Assembly: GCA_048941065.1 (NCBI GenBank)
Contig: JBHLNY010000002.1
Coordinates: forward strand, 1 to 49,276
DNA: 49,276 bases
From: Promethearchaeota archaeon
GTDB lineage: Archaea; Asgardarchaeota; Lokiarchaeia; Sigyniarchaeales; SOKP01
Direction: 5' to 3'
The position numbers and the translations under genes are program-made. Every line of letters begins with the position of its first letter. Positions within the stretch are counted from its first letter, which is position 1. Of this stretch, positions 1 to 9,951 are shown piece after piece. The notes under the pieces are model-generated. The model saw nothing but the letters and a program-made list of their open reading frames with translations. It was not told the origin of the DNA and did no database searches.

Positions 1-9
1 AAAATAGCG

Positions 10-987
10 ATGTTATTAAAATTTGGCTGGGATAGAGATTTAGAGTCATTAGAAAGTATTTATAAACGAGCTGAAAAAAAAGGAGTATCTCTTGAAGAAT
101 TAGCGCAGAAATTAGATGTAATGGCTAAAAAAGGATCAATTATGTCAAAACGAGAAGGAGACAAAATTTATTATGGTAATGCATTACTAGCTATTGGAAT
201 GTTCGAATTTCAAGTAAATAGGCTTACAAAGGAATTTGTTAATGACTTTGAAGAATACTATATGGAAGCTTGGCTTCCAGAGTCTATAAAGGTGAAAGCT
301 GCTCAGTTACGTACAATTCCTGTAGAGCAAAGCATTGAACCTGAGCACAATGTAAGTACATACGATGATCTTGAGAATCTTCTTGAAACTACAAATGGAC
401 CTTTCGTGATAATGAATTGTATTTGTAAACAAGTAAAAGATGTATTGGAGGATCCATGTAAAATCACAAATCGAAGGGAGATTTGTATGGCATTTGGTAC
501 AATGGCCCAATTATATATTGATCAGGAATGGGGTCGTCAAATAAAGAAAGAAGAAGCTCTAGAAATTTTAAGAAAAAACGAGGAAGAAGGACATGTGTTT
601 CAACCATCTAACTCACAAGATTTATGCTTTATTTGTAGTTGTTGCGGTTGTTGTTGTGAAAATTTAACGAACCTAGCATTATTACCTAATCCAGGAAATT
701 TCTCAATAACTAATTATTATGCAGAAGTGGATTCTGATTTGTGTTCAGGTTGCGGTACATGTGTAGAAATTTGTCCAATGAAAGCAATAACTCTTAAAGA
801 GGATGTTTCCCTAATAAAGAAGAAACGTTGTATAGGATGTGGAAATTGTGTTGCTAAATGTCCGTCTGAAGCTATTAAACTCCTTAAAAGAGAAAGACAA
901 TTTGAACCATTCCCTACAATGGATTATTTATTTGATAGAGTGATGCAGCGAAAAATAAACCGTAAGGAAAAAGGATTGAAATCCTAG
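10..987 (+). CDS. 4Fe-4S dicluster domain-containing Fe-S protein (5' end possibly truncated by the window edge)
   Basis: 325-aa ORF. It has two ferredoxin motifs (CSGCGTCVEICP and CIGCGNCVAKCP) plus a Cys-rich block CFICSCCGCCC. The reading frame is still open upstream of the first ATG to position 1. Confidence 0.75.
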   Translation: MLLKFGWDRDLESLESIYKRAEKKGVSLEELAQKLDVMAKKGSIMSKREGDKIYYGNALLAIGMFEFQVNRLTKEFVNDFEEYYMEAWLPESIKVKAAQLRTIPVEQSIEPEHNVSTYDDLENLLETTNGPFVIMNCICKQVKDVLEDPCKITNRREICMAFGTMAQLYIDQEWGRQIKKEEALEILRKNEEEGHVFQPSNSQDLCFICSCCGCCCENLTNLALLPNPGNFSITNYYAEVDSDLCSGCGTCVEICPMKAITLKEDVSLIKKKRCIGCGNCVAKCPSEAIKLLKRERQFEPFPTMDYLFDRVMQRKINRKEKGLKS

Positions 988-1022
988 AACATTTAATTCA
1001 ATTGAAAATAAATTATTTTTTA

Positions 1023-1562
1023 TCATTTTTTATAATAATTGTAAATAGTACCCTCTTCAATCCAACTCCAATGAAACATCGGTTTTTTAAACGTATTTGT
1101 TAATTTAAAGCCATTAATCTCCATTTGTCTTTGAACAACATCTAAATCAATTCCATGATATCCTATATGTGTTGCAAAATAAGATAAAAAACCAGTTTTT
1201 TTTTTCAAAACTCGATAACTTTCTTTTAATAACCTTATTCTCTCTTCTTTATCCAATAGATGGTAAACATCATAAACTAAAACTATATCTAAAGAATTAT
1301 CTTTAATAGGAATTTCAATATCCTTAGAGGTCTTAATTATTTCTATATTTATAATATGTTGAGCTTGTATCTTCTTCATTAATTCCTCCAGAGATTCTTC
1401 ATTATAATCAAGAGCATAAATCTTTACCGCCTCTCCCACTATTTTTGATGCAATTAGAGAATAAATACCCGATCCGCATCCAAAATCTAGAATTTTCTGC
1501 CCCTTTTTAACATCTAATTCTCTAAGTACTATTTCTCCATTAAAATTTAACCAATCTTCCAT
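1023..1562 (-). CDS. class I SAM-dependent methyltransferase
   Basis: 179 aa. SAM-binding motif I ILDFGCGSGIYS, followed by an acidic loop (YALDYN) and motif-IV-like LVYDV. Confidence 0.8.
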   Translation of the reverse strand: MEDWLNFNGEIVLRELDVKKGQKILDFGCGSGIYSLIASKIVGEAVKIYALDYNEESLEELMKKIQAQHIINIEIIKTSKDIEIPIKDNSLDIVLVYDVYHLLDKEERIRLLKESYRVLKKKTGFLSYFATHIGYHGIDLDVVQRQMEINGFKLTNTFKKPMFHWSWIEEGTIYNYYKK

Positions 1563-1577
1563 TCTTAAATTCTTCTA

Positions 1578-3074
1578 TTATTTAAATTCTATTTTTGGTA
1601 GAAATTTAGCTGGCTTGCGTATTTTTGTTGCTTGTTCAAAAGCATATGCAATTTTGAGTAATTTTGGCTCTTGAAAAGCACCACTAAAAAATGAGATTCC
1701 AACTGGCAACCCAAACACATAACCTGCCGGAATGGTTATATTGGGATTACCAGCAACTGCTGCGACTGAAGAACTCCCCCCTGTGAAATGATCTCCATTA
1801 ATATAATCGATTAGCCAAGCCGCTCCTCCACTGGGGGCTACGATGGCATCTAATTGATGTTCCTTCAAAACTGCATCAAGTCCTTCATCCCGAGTAATAA
1901 GATGACATTTCTCTAATGCTTCTTTGTACTCATCACTCGTTATTGGTCCCTTTTCATTTGCCATAGTGAATAATTCTTGTCCAAAATAAGGCATAACTTT
2001 ATCTTGATGCTCTATGTTAAATTTGATAATGTCATTTAGATTGTTTAAGGAGTTAATTGGTCCATATTTGATCAAATACTCATTCAGATCATGTTTGAAA
2101 TCATATAAAAGAACCTGTAATTCAGGATCCTCTAATTCACTAAGATTTTTAATTTCAACAGGATCTATTATCTCTGCTCCTACTTCCTTCATTTTTATAA
2201 TTGCTTTTTCTATAAGCTTATCTATAAGGTCATTAAACCCAAAATAATTTCGAGCAACTCCAATTCTAGCTCCTTTTAAACCATTAGGAACTAAGAATTT
2301 CGTATAATCTGAAGGAATATCATTTTTATGCTTTACAGTGCTAGGGTCATTTGGATCAATCCCTGCCATCACATTCAATAATATTGCTGCATCTTGAACA
2401 GTTCTTGCCATAGGTCCGGCAGTATCTTGATTATGTGAGATTGGGATAATACCTGTTCGACTAACTAATCCAATAGTGGGTTTAATACCAACAATTGAAT
2501 TAGTCTGTGATGGACATATTATAGAACCATCAGTTTCAGTTCCTATGGCAACCGAGCATAAGTTAGCTGCTACAGCTACCGCGGATCCAGAACTAGATCC
2601 ACATGGATTTCTATCTAATGAATAAGGGTTAAGAGTTTGACCTCCTCGACTACTCCAACCACTAGTAGAACGAGTTGAACGAAAATTTGCCCATTCACTT
2701 AAATTTGCTTTTGCAAGAATTATTGCTCCAGCATCACGTAATTTTGAAACTATAAATGCATCTTCTGAAGCGATGTGCCCTTCAAAAGCCAAGGATCCTG
2801 CTGTAGTTTGCATTTTATCTTTAGTATTTATATTATCTTTAATAATAACTGGAATACCATGTAGTGGTCCACGAATTTTCTTATTTTTTAGTTCCTCATC
2901 TAAAATACTAGCAATCTTTACTGCATCTGGATTGATTTCTATGATTGCATTTATTTTGGGACCTTTTTTATCAATTTCAAGAATACGATTAAGATACATC
3001 TTAGTTAATTTTTTAGCAGAAAGTTCTCCTTTATTCATTAATAATTGAATTTCATTTATTGTATATTCCTTCAT
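1578..3074 (-). CDS. amidase-signature family amidase (GatA-like)
   Basis: 498 aa. Gly/Ser-rich amidase signature NPCGSSSGSAVAVAANL, GTETDGSIICPS and IIKDNI (catalytic Lys context). Confidence 0.9.
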   Translation of the reverse strand: MKEYTINEIQLLMNKGELSAKKLTKMYLNRILEIDKKGPKINAIIEINPDAVKIASILDEELKNKKIRGPLHGIPVIIKDNINTKDKMQTTAGSLAFEGHIASEDAFIVSKLRDAGAIILAKANLSEWANFRSTRSTSGWSSRGGQTLNPYSLDRNPCGSSSGSAVAVAANLCSVAIGTETDGSIICPSQTNSIVGIKPTIGLVSRTGIIPISHNQDTAGPMARTVQDAAILLNVMAGIDPNDPSTVKHKNDIPSDYTKFLVPNGLKGARIGVARNYFGFNDLIDKLIEKAIIKMKEVGAEIIDPVEIKNLSELEDPELQVLLYDFKHDLNEYLIKYGPINSLNNLNDIIKFNIEHQDKVMPYFGQELFTMANEKGPITSDEYKEALEKCHLITRDEGLDAVLKEHQLDAIVAPSGGAAWLIDYINGDHFTGGSSSVAAVAGNPNITIPAGYVFGLPVGISFFSGAFQEPKLLKIAYAFEQATKIRKPAKFLPKIEFK

Positions 3075-3108
3075 TTTTTTTACCTACTTTTAAGAATAAT
3101 ATTTGAAT
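2945..3108. repeat. copy A of a ~165-bp duplicated segment (amidase 5' coding end plus upstream leader)
   Basis: Aligns by eye at roughly 85% identity with 3733..3897 at a constant 788-nt offset. The match includes the start codon and the T-run/ACCT leader. Confidence 0.75.
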
Positions 3109-3499
3109 TAACTTATATTCAATTTATCTAAATTCTAATTATTTTTCTAGTGTTAAAACAATTATTCTAATATCAAAATTTTTTTTAACTCGATGAAAAT
3201 CCCTGTATACAAAAATGACAAGCAAATTAAGTCTTTAAAAATAAAAAATTAGAAAAATAATAAAAATGGTTATTGAATTTTCGAATTGTTGATTCTTTTA
3301 AGGTCTTTCTTTTAACAAACTCGTATTGCATGCATAAACAAATCCTTTGCATTATTACCTATGATTCATGCAATTCTACATAACCTTTAATATTTTTAAT
3401 GATAATTTTATCTCGTAAAAAAAATAAATTGGTGTGTGAAAGATAGAATACGATAAAATACAAATAAAAAAAGTACTGAAATCTTTAGGAGTAATTTTT

Positions 3500-3673
3500 A
3501 TGGTTTTATCAGGCTATACTTTATTTTTGATACTTGGTTATACTATTGGAGAAAGTAGTAACGATTTTTTAATACCAAATTCTGGTCATTTCGCTTACTT
3601 TATAGGTTCAATTATCCTCTTTTTCGTAGGATGGGCTATATTTACGATTGGAAATTCGTTATATCAATCTTGA
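3500..3673 (+). CDS. possible small membrane protein (57 aa, below the ORF-track cutoff)
   Basis: ATG at 3500 preceded by AGGAG (3486-3490). Translation is MVLSGYTLFLILGYTIGESSNDFLIPNSGHFAYFIGSIILFFVGWAIFTIGNSLYQS, with two hydrophobic helices. In-frame TGA at 3671. Confidence 0.3.
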   Translation: MVLSGYTLFLILGYTIGESSNDFLIPNSGHFAYFIGSIILFFVGWAIFTIGNSLYQS

Positions 3674-3862
3674 ATTTGAAGAATGTATTATTAAATTGCA
3701 GCCCAAGAATGCGGGATATTGGAATCTTAGAGTTGCATTTATTTTAGAACCGTTCTTATCAATTTCAAAAATATGATTGAGGTAGATTTCAGTTAATTTC
3801 TTAGTAGAAAGTAACCTTTTATTCATTAATAATTGAATTTCATTTATTGTATATTCCTTCAT
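3659..3862 (-). pseudogene. truncated duplicate of the amidase 5' end (about the first 43 codons conserved, then divergent)
   Basis: MKEYTINEIQLLMNKRLLSTKKLTEIYLNHIFEIDKNGSKINA matches MKEYTINEIQLLMNKGELSAKKLTKMYLNRILEIDKKGPKINA of the full amidase. The remainder of the ORF has no amidase motifs. Confidence 0.7.
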
Positions 3863-3897
3863 TTTTTTTACCTCCTTTTAACAATAATCTTTGATTT
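3733..3897. repeat. copy B of the duplicated amidase 5' segment
   Basis: See copy A. The identical block TTCATTAATAATTGAATTTCATTTATTGTATATTCCTTCATTTTTTTTACCT is present in both copies. Confidence 0.75.
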
Positions 3898-4175
3898 TTA
3901 ATAAAATTGTTCGTGTCATTAGAACGAAATAAGCATTCAATCTGAAATTTAAAAAAACAAAAACTATAAGTATCAATTAATGGAAGGAGCTGATCCGTAC
4001 CAAACATTGGATTTCGCCCTCTATTAGGCTCAGAAAGGAGCTTAATTTTCTAAAAACCTTTTAATTTTATGGTCGGATTTAAGTCCTTTCACTTCTTTTT
4101 TATTTAGCTCAGAATCCTAATAAGTTCTTAATCATTATATTAAAATCAATATTAATAACTTTTATAAAGATGTGA

Positions 4176-5504
4176 GTGGGTATTACATTGTCAAATGAAA
4201 AGATAACCTTAATCGGCGCTGGTTCGCTGCAATTCGGGTTAGGTAGTGTTGGAAGTATTTTAGATAGTAAAATCTTGGAAGGTGCTACTATTTGTTTACA
4301 TGATATTAATGAAGAGGCTCTCAAATTAGCACATGAAGCATGTGTTTCAGCTATAAATAAAAGAAATTTAGATTTTACCTTAGAATCAACCAGAGATAGG
4401 GAAGAAGCTTTAAAAAACGTTACCTTTATTATTAATTCGATTGAAGTAACACCTCGATTCAAGTTACTAGATATGGATTATCGTGTGCCGCAAGAATTCG
4501 GTAATAAACAAGTCATGGGAGAAAATGGAGGACCCGGTGGCTTCTTCCACTCACTTCGAATTATTCCTCCAATTTTGGATATATGTGAAGATATCCAAAA
4601 AATATGCCCCAATGCTCTAATTATAAATTATTCTAATCCACTAAGCAGAATTTGCCTAGCTATAAAAAGGAAGTATCCTTCTTTAAAATTTGTAGGATTA
4701 TGTCATGAATTTCACGATTTTAAACCTATTATTACAAAAATTCTTGGAATTTCAAGCTCAAATTTAAAAATCAAGGCGGGAGGGTTAAATCATTTTGGTG
4801 TTATTTTGGATATAAAATATAAAGATTCAGATAAAGATGCCTATCCCGATATTCGAAAAAATGGTCCAACTATATTAAAATCAATAAAAAAGGGTCCAAA
4901 TTTAGATAATGCTTATGATTTTATTGCTTTTATTTTGGAAACATATGGTTTCCTTCCCTATACTACTGATGGACATTATGGAGAATATATGCAATGGGCT
5001 TGGGAGCTAGTAGATATACCCGCTACCCGCAAGTTCATAAGGGACTATGAAAATAGTTTAATTAGTCAGGGTGAGGCATTTAAAAATCTTATTAAGAGAG
5101 GGAAGGGTGATAGAATTGTAAAATCTGATAAAGAGCGTGCGATACCTATTATTGAAGGTATTATATCAGATTCTAATCATGAAGAAGGTTCAGTAAATAT
5201 TCCCAACAATGAGATCATTACCAATTTACCAGAAGATCTTGTAGTAGAGTGCCCCGCAGTTATAAATAGAAGTGGAATTCAAGGTATTAAACTTGGAGAG
5301 TATCCCAAAGGACTTGCCGCCTTATTAAGGACTCAAGCTTCAGTTCAGGATTTAGTTGTGGAAGCAATACTTACTAAATCTAAGGATATTGCATTACAAG
5401 CATTACTCGCAGACCCGGTTATTGAAACTTATTGGCAAGCTAAAAAAATTTTAGAAGAAATGTTGAAACTTCAAAAAAATTATCTTCAAATAGAGTTGGT
5501 ATAA
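4176..5504 (+). CDS. glycoside hydrolase family 4 (NAD/Mn-dependent alpha-glucosidase or 6-phospho-glycosidase type)
   Basis: 442 aa. N-terminal Rossmann motif KITLIGAGSLQFG. GH4 signature region PNALIINYSNPLSRICLAIKRKYPSLKFVGLCHE. GTG start: the in-frame ATG at 4170 is followed immediately by TGA. Confidence 0.85.
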   Translation: MGITLSNEKITLIGAGSLQFGLGSVGSILDSKILEGATICLHDINEEALKLAHEACVSAINKRNLDFTLESTRDREEALKNVTFIINSIEVTPRFKLLDMDYRVPQEFGNKQVMGENGGPGGFFHSLRIIPPILDICEDIQKICPNALIINYSNPLSRICLAIKRKYPSLKFVGLCHEFHDFKPIITKILGISSSNLKIKAGGLNHFGVILDIKYKDSDKDAYPDIRKNGPTILKSIKKGPNLDNAYDFIAFILETYGFLPYTTDGHYGEYMQWAWELVDIPATRKFIRDYENSLISQGEAFKNLIKRGKGDRIVKSDKERAIPIIEGIISDSNHEEGSVNIPNNEIITNLPEDLVVECPAVINRSGIQGIKLGEYPKGLAALLRTQASVQDLVVEAILTKSKDIALQALLADPVIETYWQAKKILEEMLKLQKNYLQIELV

Positions 5505-5585
5505 AAAATCCTATAGTCGCACTGAATTTTATAGAATCTATATGGATTAAAATCTTTAATTTCTCGATAATCTTAATCAATTCTC

Positions 5586-6392
5586 TTATTTTAATCCTTT
5601 TACGTTCTTAAGCAAACGTGGGGCTGTATGATAAAACGTTACATCAGGGTATCCAAGAGTAAATACACCAACTTTTTTGCCACGTATATTTGCTAGTTTC
5701 ATTATGTTTGGATCAAATTGCATTGCCGATGATGTTAATCCATTCCAACATGTTCCCAAACCAAGAGTTTGGGCAGCTAACCTTCCATATGTAATTATAA
5801 TCCCTATATTGTTATCTTCTATGGGTATACCTAACTGAGAAGCTACGAAGATCACGTGAGGCGCATCGAAAAAGATAGGGCAGTAAAATTCTTTTTCAAG
5901 TCGAGGAAGTGTATTTTTGTATAAATCCCTTGTTAGAGGATTCTCAATTATTTCTTTATAAACCGCATCAGAGAGATTTTTCAATTTTTCTTTATCTGAT
6001 ATAATGCTATAAGATTCTGTTCTTAAATTTCGAGCAGTTGGTGCATATTGCATTGCATTAAATACTTTTTGTAGCAAAACAACTGGAACCTTATCCTTCT
6101 TATATCGTCGAATAGAACGATGAGCTTGAAAAAATTTTAAGATGGTTTCATAAGAAACGAGGTTCTCCAGTTTATTAATTTCCTCAAAAGTATATGATTC
6201 ACCTATATTTTCATAAATAATAGCATCTTCTGCACATCGTGCAATACAATGCCCACATAAATTACATTGATCCTGAGGATCTTGAAAAATTACTTGATCT
6301 TCATCCACTTCTGAGAATAAATTTCTGGGGCATGTTATTATGCAAGTTTTACAATTAATACATTTTTCATAATCTATTCCTAAGATTGGCAA
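5586..6392 (-). CDS. ferredoxin-domain / nitroreductase-family fusion protein
   Basis: 268 aa. N-terminal CINCKTCIITCP and CNLCGHCIARC motifs. Nitroreductase hallmark HRSIRRYKKDKVP and a C-terminal fold-like region. Confidence 0.8.
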   Translation of the reverse strand: MPILGIDYEKCINCKTCIITCPRNLFSEVDEDQVIFQDPQDQCNLCGHCIARCAEDAIIYENIGESYTFEEINKLENLVSYETILKFFQAHRSIRRYKKDKVPVVLLQKVFNAMQYAPTARNLRTESYSIISDKEKLKNLSDAVYKEIIENPLTRDLYKNTLPRLEKEFYCPIFFDAPHVIFVASQLGIPIEDNNIGIIITYGRLAAQTLGLGTCWNGLTSSAMQFDPNIMKLANIRGKKVGVFTLGYPDVTFYHTAPRLLKNVKGLK

Positions 6393-6496
6393 ATATTGTC
6401 ACTCCCAATTTGTGCTGTTTTCAAAAATGTTTTCTGATTTATACATATTATCCATATCAGAACATATTAAAATTTATTTGAATTATTAAAATTATT

Positions 6497-6643
6497 ATGA
6501 TGGGAAAATGCAACAATTCCATAAAGAGTTGTGGAATGATCAGGTCTATTAAAGACCTAGTCCTATTGGAAGATGGGAATTATATGTGTTTCTCTTGCTG
6601 GAATAAATATCAGAAAGAGAAAAATAAAAATCAAAATAATTAA
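6497..6643 (+). CDS. possible small zinc-ribbon protein (48 aa, below the ORF-track cutoff)
   Basis: MMGKCNNSIKSCGMIRSIKDLVLLEDGNYMCFSCWNKYQKEKNKNQNN. Cys pairs C5/C12 and CFSC. In-frame TAA at 6641. Confidence 0.3.
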   Translation: MMGKCNNSIKSCGMIRSIKDLVLLEDGNYMCFSCWNKYQKEKNKNQNN

Positions 6644-6727
6644 CCACACTATACTTTTAAAAGCGAGAAATCCAGAAAATAGAAATGGAGAGAAGAAGAA
6701 AGCAAAAACTAGAAAATAATTCTTCTC

Positions 6728-6943
6728 TTAATCATATGATAAAAGAAAAGTGTATTTCGCTAGATTAAACTTTTTAATCTTGATGTCTTTTTCTGATTCT
6801 TCTCTTTGAATCAGAGGCATCTTTATGACGATTTTATAATCATCTAAGTAAATGTTATTATAAAATTTATTTTTAAATTTATCCCAATCAAGGTACATAC
6901 TTATAGTTATATCCTTTTTCTTAATTGAAGGGACTAATGACAT
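6728..6943 (-). CDS. hypothetical protein (weak)
   Basis: 71-aa ORF in an otherwise non-coding stretch. No recognisable motif. Confidence 0.2.
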   Translation of the reverse strand: MSLVPSIKKKDITISMYLDWDKFKNKFYNNIYLDDYKIVIKMPLIQREESEKDIKIKKFNLAKYTFLLSYD

Positions 6944-7325
6944 TTAATACCTCAAAATTTTTACTATTAATCTTATAGAGCTTTATATTTATAAATTTGC
7001 TACTTATATTTTATGAAACAACCCTAAAGTTCTTAATTTTTTATAAATGGATTGCAAGCGTTAAATTTGCTTGATAAAATATATACCAACTATATTGTAA
7101 CAAAGAACATATTTATAAGTTTCCATTTTTTGGTTAAACAACTATTTTAATAATTAGTTTCTCCCCTCTTAGATAACAAATATCGATAACATTTGAAAAT
7201 TTGATGAATAATTTCATAATTTTTAAGATTATCGTAGATTAAATTTTATTATTAGCTGAATATTTAGTATATTAATCTTTCATATCGTAAGTCGACAATG
7301 AAGAAATTATTTTTTAAAGAATGAA

Positions 7326-9290
7326 ATGAATAGTGGAAATTTTGGTAAAGTATTATGGGTAGATCTTACAAACGAGAAGTTCAAGGAGCAAAATTTACCC
7401 AATAACACATATCTTCAATACTTTGGTGGATATGGTTTAGGTTGCAAATTAATTTATGAAAATATGAGTCCTAAAGTTGATGCTTTGAGTTCAGATTCTA
7501 TATTTGGATTTTTTCCAGGGTTATTAACTGGAACTGCTGCTCCTTTTTCTGGAAGATATATGGTTGCTGGTAAATCTCCATTGACAGGAACGTGGGGAGA
7601 TGCAAATAGTGGAGGGACTTTTGGACCAGAAATTAAAAAGTGCGGGTTTGATGCTATTCTATTCAAAGGAATTGCTGATAGCCCTAAATATGTTGCACTT
7701 ATAGATGACAATAAAGAAATATTAGATGCCGCTGATTTATGGGGTTTAGATATAATTAAAGCTGAAGAATATTTGAGAAAAAAGCATGGTAAATTTATTA
7801 AGACCGCTGGTATAGGAATCGCGGGGGAAAAGCTATCCCGTATTTCAGGAATTGCTAACGATAAAGGAAGAATTGCAGCTCGTTCAGGGATAGGCGCAAT
7901 AATGGGTTCGAAGAATTTGAAAATGCTTGTCTTAAAAGGAGCTCATAAAATTCCATTATATGATAAAAATAGTTTTATGAGCTTAGTAAAAATGTACAAC
8001 CAAGAAGGAAAAAAAAAGGAACCTGGAAAGTTGATAAAGTCTATTTTAAGGAAGGCTCCTAATTTAGCAAAATTGATGCGTAGATTTAAAATCCAACTTT
8101 CTGGTCCAGCGGGAATGATACGACACATATATCATAACTATGGAACAAGTATGGGAAATACCCTAAGTGCAGAAATAGGTGATTCTCCGATAAAAAATTG
8201 GTCAGGAATAGGTATGTATGATTTTCCGTTCTCTGAATCAAAAAATCTTTCAACATTAAATATTCAGAAATATAAAATAAGAGAATATGGCTGTTTTAGT
8301 TGTCCAGTCCAATGTGGAGCAATTTTGAAAATTCCTGAATTAAATTTTGAAGAGACACATATCCCTGAGTATGAAACTTGCAGCTCGTTTGGCTCTCTTT
8401 TACTGAATAATGATCTATTATCTATTTTTGAAGTAAATGAATTATGCAATCGAGCGGCAATAGATACAATTTCCACAGGCGCAACTATAGGATTTGCTAT
8501 AGAATGTTTTGAAGATGGGATTATATCAAAAGATGATACAGATGGATTAGAGTTAAATTGGGGTAATTCTAAGTCTATAGTTGAATTAGTTAAAAAAATT
8601 ATAAATAGAGAAGGAATAGGGGACATTTTAGCTGACGGTTGTGACTTAGCAGCAAAAAGAATGGGAAAGGGTAGTGAGAAGTTCGCGATGACGTCATTAG
8701 GGTGCGAAATTGGTATGCATAATCCTAGGATTTTTCCTTCCTTAGCTTTTACTTATGCATATGATCCAACACCCGGAAGACATACAGCAGCATCAGTTGA
8801 TTTGATCGATATTGGACCAATTAATAAATTTCAAAAAGGTTTAAAAATACCAAAAAAATGGAAAAAAGATAAGGAAGAGTGGCCACGAGGACAAAAAATT
8901 ACCACGTGTTTCTATCAAATTCTATGTTGTGCTGGGTTATGTTCATTTTCAACATTATTCGGTCCTTACCCATTTCTCGATTTAATAAATTCATTAACTG
9001 GTTGGAATCTTAGATTAGATGATTGTATAACCGCTGGACTAAGGATACAAACATTACGTCAAGCTTTTACTATACGGGAAGGTATAGATATTGCAAATAA
9101 TAAATTACCTGGACGGATTACAGGTAATCCTCCAGATGAAAGAGGTCCAACTAAAGGAATTACTGTCGAATACCAAGATTATTATAAAGGTTTTTGTAAT
9201 GAGATGGGTTGGAATCCTGAAAATGGATATCCTTTAAAAGAAACTTTGAGAACGCTTGATCTAGAATTTGTTATAAAAGATTTATATTGA
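7326..9290 (+). CDS. aor: aldehyde:ferredoxin oxidoreductase family (tungstopterin enzyme)
   Basis: 654 aa. Typical AOR N-terminus GKVLWVDLTNEKFKEQNLP...YFGGYGLGCKLIYE, SPLTG...GDANSGG, and C-terminal AOR domains with an Fe-S cysteine context. Confidence 0.92.
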   Translation: MNSGNFGKVLWVDLTNEKFKEQNLPNNTYLQYFGGYGLGCKLIYENMSPKVDALSSDSIFGFFPGLLTGTAAPFSGRYMVAGKSPLTGTWGDANSGGTFGPEIKKCGFDAILFKGIADSPKYVALIDDNKEILDAADLWGLDIIKAEEYLRKKHGKFIKTAGIGIAGEKLSRISGIANDKGRIAARSGIGAIMGSKNLKMLVLKGAHKIPLYDKNSFMSLVKMYNQEGKKKEPGKLIKSILRKAPNLAKLMRRFKIQLSGPAGMIRHIYHNYGTSMGNTLSAEIGDSPIKNWSGIGMYDFPFSESKNLSTLNIQKYKIREYGCFSCPVQCGAILKIPELNFEETHIPEYETCSSFGSLLLNNDLLSIFEVNELCNRAAIDTISTGATIGFAIECFEDGIISKDDTDGLELNWGNSKSIVELVKKIINREGIGDILADGCDLAAKRMGKGSEKFAMTSLGCEIGMHNPRIFPSLAFTYAYDPTPGRHTAASVDLIDIGPINKFQKGLKIPKKWKKDKEEWPRGQKITTCFYQILCCAGLCSFSTLFGPYPFLDLINSLTGWNLRLDDCITAGLRIQTLRQAFTIREGIDIANNKLPGRITGNPPDERGPTKGITVEYQDYYKGFCNEMGWNPENGYPLKETLRTLDLEFVIKDLY

Positions 9291-9385
9291 ACTTAATATT
9301 TTTTTAGTTGGTTTTATTAAAAAGTTATAACCTATAATATGTTATAATCAATCTTCTTTAATCACCTTCGGAGATATAAATAATT

Positions 9386-9874
9386 TTGATACAAGAAACC
9401 AGAAAACCTCTCTCGGGGATAAGATCTTTAAAAGATTTTATAAAAAACAATGTAATAAAGAACGCAAAAAAGTTAAGAGGGAAGTATACTCCTATTTCTG
9501 AGATTGTGAATAATGTTCCAAAAACACTAAAGATAAAAAAGATTTATGAATTAAAAGGAAATAATAAGAATTTATATCTTATAATATCAAATAATTATAC
9601 TAAAGTACCAAAAATTCGCTATTTTTTGGCCGTATCCTTAGCCTCCCAAAGTTCTGATTTCTTAGTAAGCCTTGCGAAAAATTTTGCTAAACGTAATAAT
9701 TTAAAATTAATTCAATACTCAATTTTTCCAAAAACTTTAAGGATTAATTTATTACTGATAAAAGAGTTGAATGATGTAGAAGATTATTCAAAATCTATTC
9801 AAATTTTAATAAATTTTCGAATTGTATTCCAGAATAGACTAATTAATTTTAGAAGTCTAATAGAAAATGAATAA
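9386..9874 (+). CDS. hypothetical protein
   Basis: 162-aa ORF with a TTG start. Lys/Asn-rich, no recognisable motif. Position between aor and pyk is the only support. Confidence 0.35.
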   Translation: MIQETRKPLSGIRSLKDFIKNNVIKNAKKLRGKYTPISEIVNNVPKTLKIKKIYELKGNNKNLYLIISNNYTKVPKIRYFLAVSLASQSSDFLVSLAKNFAKRNNLKLIQYSIFPKTLRINLLLIKELNDVEDYSKSIQILINFRIVFQNRLINFRSLIENE

Positions 9875-9951
9875 TATTTAAACATCATCAAAATATTATT
9901 ATTAACTATTATAATCTAGATATTGAAATGTACACTTAAAAAAAGAGTAAT

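Noticed and set aside
2014-3048. Plus-strand ORFs 2014..2247 and 2773..3048
   Set aside because: They are shadow ORFs antisense to the amidase gene. Their Ser/Ile/Phe-rich composition is typical of antisense frames in AT-rich coding DNA.
4109-4462. 117-aa minus-strand ORF
   Set aside because: It is antisense to the well-supported GH4 gene, has low-complexity composition and shows no motif.
7454-8626. Minus-strand ORFs 7454..7711, 7943..8128 and 8264..8626
   Set aside because: They are shadow ORFs inside the AOR gene.
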